Positions 1 through 7,357 of a stretch of 17,248 bases of DNA are shown in pieces. The first letter of the stretch is position 1; each line of letters begins with the position of its first letter. Location: NCBI GenBank assembly GCA_050298595.1, contig JBNKUM010000050.1, forward strand, positions 1-17,248, read 5' to 3'. This DNA comes from Gammaproteobacteria bacterium. Its GTDB lineage: Bacteria; Pseudomonadota; Gammaproteobacteria; GCA-001735895. A program made the translations under genes and the position numbers. The notes beneath the pieces are model-generated. The model had not been told where the DNA came from. It did no database searches and saw only the letters and a list, made by a program, of their open reading frames with translations.

Positions 1-177
1 GTATTCATCAACAGTCTTTTTCATTACCTCATGCAGTAGCTCAATTTCGTACACACGAGTATCCGGTTCTGCGAATGTGTGGTATTTAATGGTAAAGTTT
101 TCACACCATCCACTCTGCCCACCGAGCAGAAAAAAACTGACAACAACCAACTTTAGAGTAAAAATACTATTTTTCAT
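1..177 (-). CDS. 5' part of an exported protein, probably periplasmic solute-binding (PBP2/SBP_bac_3-like); runs off the left edge
   Basis: Not in the ORF track. Hand translation from ATG 177 is open to position 1: MKNSIFTLKLVVVSFFLLGGQSGWCENFTIKYHTFAEPDTRVYEIELLHEVMKKTVDEY. It starts with a signal-peptide-like segment. D-x-R..Y.IELL....KT..Y resembles the start of gammaproteobacterial solute-binding proteins. Confidence 0.55.
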   Translation of the reverse strand, partial: MKNSIFTLKLVVVSFFLLGGQSGWCENFTIKYHTFAEPDTRVYEIELLHEVMKKTVDEY

Positions 178-751
178 CTTACATACCCCAATTATCTATT
201 ATATTAAAAGATTGCCTATGAGGCTCAGCTATTGATCGAGTGAGTTCTGCATAATGAAAACCATTGTAAAATAAAAAAGGGGCCATTATACCGAAAACAA
301 ACGAATCAATTGCAAAAGAGCCTTGTACTGTAAGAGTTTCCTGACCACCAGGGAATCGAAAAGTGGTGCAGTTACGCGCTGTATTCACTGGATTGACCCA
401 CAGGGTATGTTTACCCTTGATATAGCAAGTGAATTCGCCACTGCTGCGTCGGTCAATCCTTTCAGAAGCGACAGGCAGGCTATACCGGAACGAGGTGCTG
501 CGGCATACTGTTTTCTATCGATCAGAGATTTCATGATTCGTCTCCATCCTGGACATGTTATGTCAATTGATCGCGGTTAGGTCACGTGGCTTATCACGAT
601 TGTAGTACAAGTATAGATCACCATATAGTAGAGCGTCGAGTAAATAAGGGCCAGTGCAGCAGAGGCCCGCCGCAAGCCGCACCGATGGGGCAAGGCCACG
701 TTTAAGCGCACCAGACCAACTTTCATAGCTTGTTTCCTGCAATGAAATACT

Positions 752-988
752 TTATGCAATAACATAGCCCTGTTCCCGAAACAGTTTCACACAGGCATCG
801 ACGACAGTCGGGTCATAGCTTTCGACCCACCCATGTTCGATTTCATCCAGAGCGGCATGCATGCCGAGGGCAGGACGATAAGGCCGATGAGAGGACATCG
901 CCTCGACCACGTCGGCAACAGCCAGGATACGTACCTCGAAAATAATCCGATCGCGTTGCAGCCCGCGCGGATAACCACTGCCATCCAT
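752..988 (-). pseudogene. C-terminal remnant of an HD-GYP c-di-GMP phosphodiesterase
   Basis: MDGSGYPRGL...RILAVADVVEAMSSHRPYRPALG...YDPTVVDAC is the HD-GYP C-terminus. The HD dyad and HHE motif are missing, and the in-frame upstream sequence (MPIYLGAPGVLYI) is unrelated. Confidence 0.85.
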
Positions 989-1087
989 AATATATAAGAC
1001 ACCTGGTGCGCCTAGATAAATCGGCAAAAGATTGGCGGTGTAAATCCGCTACCTGATAAGGATTAGCGATCCAAAAATATTTACACT

Positions 1088-1111
1088 CTACTGACACAAT
1101 GCTGTCAGTAG
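1088..1111. promoter_or_regulatory. Perfect palindromic operator-like site CTACTGACA-caatgc-TGTCAGTAG
   Basis: 9-bp perfect inverted repeat with a 6-nt spacer, ending 45 bp before ATG 1157. It has no U-tract, so it is not a terminator. Confidence 0.65.
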
Positions 1112-1156
1112 GGCCTATTTAAAATTAAACCTCAACACAAAATGTAGAGGTGAAAA

Positions 1157-1522
1157 ATGTTAAGGTCATATCTAAATCCCTTTCTCCTTGGGATCGTATT
1201 AATACTTTCAGCAAATGCTGCTCAGGCAGAAACGGTTGAGGTTGTGGTGTTCAAAGCCAAAAACGGCGTTAGTGAAAAATCAATTCTGAATTCAGCTGAA
1301 GGCATGTTAAGCACACTTAAAAGCTGGGATGGATTCATATCCAGAGAGCTAATAAACGCTGGAAATCAGAAATGGATTGATGTAGTTCACTGGCGCGATC
1401 TGGAATCAGCCGAAGCAGCTCAGCACAAAGCTATGGAAAGTGACTCCTGCTTACTTTTCTTCTCGTTTCTGGAAGAAAACGGTCAGCAAATTTTTCATGG
1501 TGAAAAGATGCTGACACAGTAA
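1157..1522 (+). CDS. Exported dimeric alpha/beta-barrel (ABM-like) protein
   Basis: RBS GAGGTG upstream. Signal peptide ends ANAAQA|E. Mature part VEVVVFKAK.GV...GFISREL...WIDVVHW.DLESA.AA follows the ABM/Dabb pattern. Confidence 0.7.
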   Translation: MLRSYLNPFLLGIVLILSANAAQAETVEVVVFKAKNGVSEKSILNSAEGMLSTLKSWDGFISRELINAGNQKWIDVVHWRDLESAEAAQHKAMESDSCLLFFSFLEENGQQIFHGEKMLTQ

Positions 1523-1599
1523 TACTTTTGGTTGTAACGGCTCTTATGCAGTATTGGAAATAGACTGAGTTTGGAACAACCCGGTTAGTGGGAAAACCT

Positions 1600-1691
1600 G
1601 GGTCAGAGAATTTAAAGGGGTCGGAAGTAAAGCGGAGTTAAAGGGGACGGAAGTACATGAGAATTATTCCCATTTTACACTGACCCCTTAA
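1600..1691. repeat. Cluster of short GGGGTC/GACCCC REP-like repeats
   Basis: GGGTCAGAG (~1600), then near-identical direct repeats TTAAAGGGGTCGGAAGTA and TTAAAGGGGACGGAAGTA, then an inverted copy TTTTACACTGACCCCTTAA (~1673-1691). Confidence 0.5.
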
Positions 1692-1695
1692 ACCA

Positions 1696-1794
1696 TGCGA
1701 CAACCTGAACCGCAAGATCCGCGAGACCGATCCGAAAGGGTAGGTCACCGAGTACAGCTACGACACCGTCGGCAACAAAACCCTGGAGCAGTAA
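1696..1794 (+). pseudogene. Isolated YD/RHS repeat fragment
   Basis: Translates as (C)DNLNRKIRETDPKG*VTEYSYDTVGNKTLEQ*, matching the YD-repeat consensus YD.L.R....TDP.G..T.Y.YD..GN. It has an internal TAG at 1741 and is visibly more GC-rich than its flanks. Confidence 0.75.
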
Positions 1795-2000
1795 TGTTTA
1801 TAGACACTCAGTGATTTGAAAAGAAATTAAACATCAGCGATATCGCTATGGCTTCAGTTAAATGAAGGTGGTATTAAGTAAAAAATAGGTTTCTGTTGAA
1901 CCTTAATGGGTATTTTTTCTTCGGCTGGGTTCAAAGTACAAAATGATCCTGCAACCTGTGATATCAGGTTGGTGTTTGAAAGAGTTATCTAGGGGAGGGC

Positions 2001-2714
2001 TTATGTGTCGGGAAAAACTTCAGCGCAGCGTTTCACACCGTGCACCCAATTCTTCCCCATTTCTCACAGGCTTGTCTGATTTTATACGCACTACCTACCA
2101 GTGATTTAAACGGGCTTTCAAAATCCTTAGTCAGGTATACCCAGTGCCTGGGATCGATATTAAGTCGGGTCAGTATGTCAGGTAGATGTTCAGGAATGTA
2201 TCCCTTTTTATCATCCCCGAGAATACGTCCGGTCTACAAATTTAATGGATAAATTTGTACAGATGTGCTGCCCTAATGGTAAGCCTTTTGGCATTTTGTT
2301 ACGCGGGTAGCCTGCGAATGGTAGTAACTCTATTGGTTTGGCACGTATTGCTTCAGGGTTAACTGGGCTCGTATGGGTTTGATGTTCAATACGTTTCTTA
2401 ACAGAGCTGTGATCCGATGTTTCAGGTCTCTGCTATTTAAGAGCGAAGTAGATTGAGATCGGTATAAGCTATACAGGCTGCTAATGCTTTTTTATCCATA
2501 GTGATTGCTCATGATCGTGTAAGCAGCAATATCAATGGCAAAGATGTTGGATAATGAAAGTAATCGATCTTCAATCCACTGTCTTCTGTGTTCATAATCC
2601 TGTCCGGATTGTGAATCCTTACCACATAAAAAAGGCACGGTGTTCTCAGCGGGAAATACTATGGTAGTAAGGGGTAGCTTCGATAGAAACCTGTGTCTAC
2701 CGAGCTTTAGGCAT
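2001..2714 (-). pseudogene. Degraded Y1/HUH tyrosine transposase (IS200-like/REP-associated, long gammaproteobacterial form)
   Basis: RBS AAGGAG and ATG at 2714. Pieces across stops and frameshifts: [26 protein letters not shown] / [42 protein letters not shown] / [15 protein letters not shown] / PETSDHSSVKKRI / LLPFAGYPRNKMPKGLP / TGRILGDDKKGYIP..LPDILTRLNIDPRHW / WVHGVKRCAEVFPDT*. There is an internal deletion directly after SNHY (the HUH motif). Confidence 0.85.
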
Positions 2715-2872
2715 AATGCGCTCCTTGCGATTTGATGAGGTTAAAAAAAACTACGACTTTTGTTAGCAGCTGTCAATGTTCAATATATGTCCGTGTTTAT
2801 TATTGTGGACGAAGAATCGATAAGATAAATCAATGTGATGTATCGACCAGTGTATTTTATCTGATAATTCAT

Positions 2873-3808
2873 TTATTTCTTTTTAGCCAGATAGAGAATT
2901 CCATACAGACTAATAATAACCACCAGCAAAGAAGTGACTTGAAAACTCTGAATCGTTTCCTGAAGAAATAGAACGGCCAATAACATTGTAATTAAAGGAG
3001 TAGGGGTTGTGATAGAACTGGCCAGGGATACATCTATATGTTTGACCGCGTAAAACCAGCTGATTAATTCCAGATAATAAACAAAGCCCATACTGAAGGC
3101 AGATATCTGGAAATTAATAGTAATCATTCCAGTGATGACAGAGTCGAGACCATTCACAGATATTGTAGCTATCAATAAAAATATCGCGGATATCAATACC
3201 CTGAAAAAAGTGACCTGCAGTGGCGTTATTGGAGTGGTATCTAATGTGTTCTTGATAATAACGTGCGCAATGCTCCATAGAAAAGGTACTGCCAGAGCAA
3301 GTATAAACCAAACAGATAAGCCTTCAATTTTCCAGCTTCCCTGTGTGCCTAAATAATATAAGCCAGCGATGAGTAATATCGTAAAGAATAGCTCTGTTTT
3401 AGTCTTCTTTTTATTAAAAAAAATACTCTCCCACAGAATAGCAAAAAGGGGGTAAGCCTGAATCGCAATTATGGCGCTCACAGTACCTGCTTTTTCTACA
3501 GAAAGTACATAGACGTAAGTTGATAATCCAAAGATTAAACCTGTTAACAGGATGATCAAGATGGTTCTATTTCTTAATCTAGCTGGCAGTTTCTTTGTAA
3601 AAATACCATGTGTGTTCTTGCTGTATTCATTGAATAGCAAAGGCAAAGAACAGACCAGTTGCCAAAGCGATAGATAAAAAGCAAAGTTCAGTGCATTTAA
3701 CCCTGCAGGACGCCCATTTGAAATAACTGGTAGCATTCCCAGTAAAAGCAAACAGGTAAATGCCAACAAAACGCCAGTTTGTTTATTGGCTTGAAAAGCC
3801 GTATTCAT
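2873..3808 (-). CDS. DMT/EamA family transporter (amino-acid or metabolite exporter)
   Basis: 311 aa, about 10 hydrophobic segments in two EamA repeats (AYPLFAILWESIFFNKK; TPLITMLLAVLFLQE). The start overlaps the upstream stop (ATGA, 3805-3808). Confidence 0.9.
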   Translation of the reverse strand: MNTAFQANKQTGVLLAFTCLLLLGMLPVISNGRPAGLNALNFAFYLSLWQLVCSLPLLFNEYSKNTHGIFTKKLPARLRNRTILIILLTGLIFGLSTYVYVLSVEKAGTVSAIIAIQAYPLFAILWESIFFNKKKTKTELFFTILLIAGLYYLGTQGSWKIEGLSVWFILALAVPFLWSIAHVIIKNTLDTTPITPLQVTFFRVLISAIFLLIATISVNGLDSVITGMITINFQISAFSMGFVYYLELISWFYAVKHIDVSLASSITTPTPLITMLLAVLFLQETIQSFQVTSLLVVIISLYGILYLAKKK

Positions 3809-4758
3809 GGTTTAACATATTCCATAAATCTATTCAGATCAATCATTCCACCGCTCAGAATAAGGCCGACTCTTTTCCCTTTCATTTTTTCCTTTTCTTT
3901 ATTTAAAGCTGCCAGCGGTGCGGCTCCCGCGGCTTCCGCCAGATTATGAGTGGATTGATAATACTGTCGCATTGCAGCTTTAATCTGTTCATCACTCACC
4001 GTAATGATTCTGCTGGCACCGGCTAAAATGATGTCAAAGGCTTCCTCAAGCGGGGAGCTGGTAGCGACGCCATCGGCAATAGTATTTACACCTGACGTTG
4101 GAATGATCTTCCCGGCCTCAAAAGATATAGAGAAAGTAGGCGCGCCTTCAGCAACGACACCGACAATTTCGGTTTTCAACCCCAGCAAGTCTCTTGTTTT
4201 TATCAAGCCGCAAATCCCTGACCCCATGCCAATAGGCGCATACACGGTTTGTATATCCTTGATGCTGGATAAAAATTCCAGTGCATAGCTGGCAACGCCC
4301 AGTACCAGGTCCCGACAAAAAGGTGCAACAGCTTCGTAGCCATATTCCTGTTGTAATTCCAGACTATGTTGACGGGCAGCTTCAAAATCTTTTCCGAAAA
4401 TAATCAGCTCTGCTCCTAAAGACTGTATTGCCCGGTTTTGATCCTGACTATTATTTTCAGGTACAACTATAGAGACAGGTATGTCGGCACGGCTTCCGGC
4501 AAATGCCAGACTTTGCCCGTGGTTGCCTCTAGTGGCCGAAATAAGTCCTACAGGTTTATCGGTTCTACAGCTAATTTGATGTAACAGATGAATCCCTCCG
4601 CGCACCTTAAACGCAGTTGTGGGCGTATGGTTTTCATGTTTCACCCACACATCACAATCGGTGCTTTTACTCAGTAATGGCCAGTTGTGTTGCAGGGTAG
4701 GTTGTATGGTTTTATGAACAATGGCTGTAGCCTGTTCAAGCTGTGTCAGGTTAAACAT
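3805..4758 (-). CDS. PLP-dependent threonine/serine dehydratase-like enzyme (fold type II, no regulatory domain)
   Basis: KHENHTPTTAFKVRGG (PLP lysine), SATRGNHGQS, PIGMGSG phosphate loop, TIADG and ILSGG. At 317 aa it has no ACT domain. Confidence 0.9.
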   Translation of the reverse strand: MFNLTQLEQATAIVHKTIQPTLQHNWPLLSKSTDCDVWVKHENHTPTTAFKVRGGIHLLHQISCRTDKPVGLISATRGNHGQSLAFAGSRADIPVSIVVPENNSQDQNRAIQSLGAELIIFGKDFEAARQHSLELQQEYGYEAVAPFCRDLVLGVASYALEFLSSIKDIQTVYAPIGMGSGICGLIKTRDLLGLKTEIVGVVAEGAPTFSISFEAGKIIPTSGVNTIADGVATSSPLEEAFDIILAGASRIITVSDEQIKAAMRQYYQSTHNLAEAAGAAPLAALNKEKEKMKGKRVGLILSGGMIDLNRFMEYVKP

Positions 4759-4785
4759 TCCTAATGATCCAAATCTCTGTTGACA

Positions 4786-4832
4786 ACAATTCTAGATACT
4801 GAGATTGTATGACTCAAGAGTTATATTGTATG
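4786..4832. promoter_or_regulatory. Probable MocR-family operator in the divergent promoter
   Basis: Direct repeat ATTGTATG at 4804-4811 and 4825-4832 (21-bp period), plus an inverted half-site ACAAT at 4786-4790. MocR/GabR regulators use mixed direct and inverted repeats. Confidence 0.6.
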
Positions 4833-6200
4833 GCGGATAATATTATGTGGAGTCCAGACTTATCGACAGAGCAGGGGCCTTTATATCTACAGTTAGTGAA
4901 TAAAATGGCACAGGATATTGAGACGGGTGTACTTAAGGTCGGTGAGAAGCTACCTCCTCAACGTCAACTGGCCTGGCATCTGGATATCAATTTAAGTACG
5001 GTTACCAAGGCCTTTCAGGAAGCTACTAAAAGACATTTGATCACCGGTGAGGTCGGCAGAGGTACCTATATTCTGGCAAAAAGTAGCGAAGCCGAATTAT
5101 TCAATCTAAAACAGGATCTGGATGAATCGATCATCGATCTGAGTACACACGTCCCGGTTGCAATGCCTAATGATCTCGATCTTGAGAATACATTGAATGA
5201 AATGATGCAGGATGATCAGGGCCTGTCTCAATATCTAAACTATCACTCCCCAGCATCCGTGCTACGGTACAGAATAACTTGTTCCAAATGGCTAACTGAG
5301 CTGGGATACCCGATAGGGCCAGAGTCATGTGTTGCAACTACCTGTGCACAAAATGCCTTGTTAGTAAGCCTGTTAAGCTGCTGTCGAGCCGATGATACTG
5401 TTCTGGTAAATGAACTCACCTTTCCAGGTATGAAGGCAGTGGCAAAACAGCTCAGTATTAAATTACATGGTATAGAAATGGATGAGCAGGGGATAATCCC
5501 AGAAGCACTGGCTTTAGCCATAAGAACAACGCATGCAAAAGTTCTGGTTTCAGATCCCACTTTGCAAAACCCGACCTCAACCAGCATGGGCAAGCAACGT
5601 CAGCAGGAGATTATTAAAATAATAAAACAGAACAACCTGTTATTCATAGAAGAATATGTGATCGGGGCTTTATCGGCTCAGCCACCCATCAGTACACAGA
5701 TAAAATCACACTCCATAGTGATCACCAGTTTTGCTAAAACCGTAGCACCGGGCATTCGCTTTGCGGTGATTGCAGGAGAGCATTCTGTTCTACAAAAGAT
5801 ATTGGCTGAATCTCACGCCACTAGCTGGCAGTTTAGTCCGTTAATGGCCGAGATAGCCTGTCGCTGGATAGAATCAGGGCTGGCTAAACAAAGAATGAAC
5901 TGGCAATGGAGTGAAATTCAGAAAAGGCATAGAATTTTTAAAAAGATATTCCCAGATACTAAATACAATGGAAATAAGGACCTGTGTTCGCATGTATGGT
6001 TACCAGTGGAAGGAACAGCTGTACAGGCTCAGGAAAAATGTCATCAACTCGGTGTGGAAGTTGTGCCAGCTGGACTTTTTGCGGTGGGTCGAAATTACCC
6101 AGAATGTATTCGAGTCAGTTTAACCGCCGCGAAAAGCAGACAGCAATTAAAGATAGGTTTGCAGAGAATTTATCAATCTGGGGTCGTTAAACAGAAATAG
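4830..6200 (+). CDS. MocR/GabR family transcriptional regulator (GntR wHTH + aminotransferase-like domain)
   Basis: GPLYLQL...GEKLPPQRQLA..L.INLSTVTKAF....GEVGRGTY is the GntR HTH. PTLQNPT and TSFAKTVAPGIR mark the PLP domain. The start is uncertain (4809, 4830 or 4845); 4809 lies inside the operator repeat. Confidence 0.92.
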   Translation: MADNIMWSPDLSTEQGPLYLQLVNKMAQDIETGVLKVGEKLPPQRQLAWHLDINLSTVTKAFQEATKRHLITGEVGRGTYILAKSSEAELFNLKQDLDESIIDLSTHVPVAMPNDLDLENTLNEMMQDDQGLSQYLNYHSPASVLRYRITCSKWLTELGYPIGPESCVATTCAQNALLVSLLSCCRADDTVLVNELTFPGMKAVAKQLSIKLHGIEMDEQGIIPEALALAIRTTHAKVLVSDPTLQNPTSTSMGKQRQQEIIKIIKQNNLLFIEEYVIGALSAQPPISTQIKSHSIVITSFAKTVAPGIRFAVIAGEHSVLQKILAESHATSWQFSPLMAEIACRWIESGLAKQRMNWQWSEIQKRHRIFKKIFPDTKYNGNKDLCSHVWLPVEGTAVQAQEKCHQLGVEVVPAGLFAVGRNYPECIRVSLTAAKSRQQLKIGLQRIYQSGVVKQK

Positions 6201-6258
6201 GGGAGGTAGATAAATCGTTTAAGTAAGCTCAGATTTAAGCAAACCTCTCCCTTTCTAA

Positions 6259-6732
6259 TCAGTAAGGGCTGCCGTCCTTGTGCAGGAATAGCCACGAACC
6301 AGTGTCTTCGGATTTGGCAATCAAGTCATCATCTGGGTATTCAGCTTTATCATTAGGTGAACGATCGCCAATTTCAAGATATGTAACTGTTTCACTGGAT
6401 TTATTAACTAGCTGATGACCGATACCTTTAGCTTTTTCGAAACCAAAACAATCACCAGCCTGCATTAGAAATTCATCATTACCAAATATTAAAGTAGGAG
6501 ATCCCTGAAGAATGTAAATGAATTCATCCTGTGTTAGATGATGGTGCTTTAGCGCCGACATTGCGCCAGGTTTGAGCTCTGTCAAGTTAATACCGAAGTT
6601 GGTGAGGCCGAAGTAATCACCGAGTTTTCTCTTAACTCGTCCTTCCATCATCGATGCGAATGGCTCTGGGTAGAGAGACTTCTGTAAATTCACTTCAATA
6701 TTTTTTGCAGCTGTTGGTTTTATAGTAGACAT
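6259..6732 (-). CDS. Cupin domain protein
   Basis: RVKRKLGDYFGLTNFGINLTELKPGAMSALKHHHLTQDEFIYILQG...GIGHQLVN...YLEIGDR...YPDDDL: cupin metal ligands H-x-H...E...H. Confidence 0.9.
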   Translation of the reverse strand: MSTIKPTAAKNIEVNLQKSLYPEPFASMMEGRVKRKLGDYFGLTNFGINLTELKPGAMSALKHHHLTQDEFIYILQGSPTLIFGNDEFLMQAGDCFGFEKAKGIGHQLVNKSSETVTYLEIGDRSPNDKAEYPDDDLIAKSEDTGSWLFLHKDGSPY

Positions 6733-7357
6733 AGGTATTTAGTTGATTAGGTGTTAGCACAATCCGAACGGATTCCATTTTGATCCTTTATGCAACATGG
6801 ATCAATATAATCAACCAGAAGCACTGCCCACCACCTGTGGGACATCTAAAGATCTGGCAGAGAACAGCATTCACTCAAAGCGTAAGGTAAAGCCTGTTAA
6901 AGTCTCTGCATTTGTTCAGGTTCAATCCGATGTTTCTTTAACCTCTCCAAAACAACCCCGCATCAAGCTGACGAGGTATTGTTACTATCTGCTAAAATTG
7001 TACCAATTGATAGTCACTATGGAGCTTTTTGGTAACTTCCACCCTGTCCTTTCACATAATTTACAAAAGGTAAATCGGAGGCTGAGCCGGTGGCTTACCT
7101 TTTGTTAATTATTCTATGGGGTAAATCTTGATAAGATTCAGCTCGTAGAGGGATTCACCTATTTGGAGAATAGATATATTGACTGTAATGGTCGACGAAA
7201 CTGTGAGTTACCCTCTAACACGAGCGGTCAACTGCGGAATCCAGGTTTAACTTTCTCTCCGCACGTATTAGCCCTGGAGTTACCCAGGATACAAATCATT
7301 TCTCTCATTGCCTCAAATCACAACCCTGTTACTATCTCCAAAACACTGGAGATCATC

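Noticed and set aside
179-765. Short ORFs 179-388(-), 323-580(+) and 577-765(-)
   Set aside because: No recognisable motif in the frames I translated, no convincing RBS, and they overlap one another. They are probably non-coding or unrecognisable decay.
752-1027. 91-aa ORF as an intact HD-GYP phosphodiesterase
   Set aside because: It lacks the HD dyad and HHE metal ligands, and homology starts only at about 988. Called a pseudogene remnant instead.
1600-1660. Direct repeats as a mini CRISPR array
   Set aside because: Only two 18-bp copies separated by about 8 bp, with no spacer-length intervals and no cas genes.
2040-2971. ORFs 2040-2252(+) and 2732-2971(+)
   Set aside because: The first is an antisense shadow of the transposase pseudogene. 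The second spans the spacer and runs antisense into the EamA 3' end, with no recognisable motif.
6200-6255. GGGGAGGT...ACCTCTCCC as a bidirectional terminator between the MocR and cupin genes
   Set aside because: The stem is imperfect with a loop of more than 30 nt, too weak to call.
6780-6815. FNR-like site (TTGAT...) upstream of the cupin gene
   Set aside because: The spacing and second half-site do not match TTGAT-N4-ATCAA.
6797-7108. 103-aa ORF in the cupin-permease intergenic region
   Set aside because: No RBS or recognisable domain and an atypical composition. It overlaps the probable divergent promoter region.
7163-7357. 65-aa N-terminal extension of the SLC13 permease from TTG 7163
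   Set aside because: Family similarity begins at MTGEIL, and ATG 7358 has a GGAG RBS.
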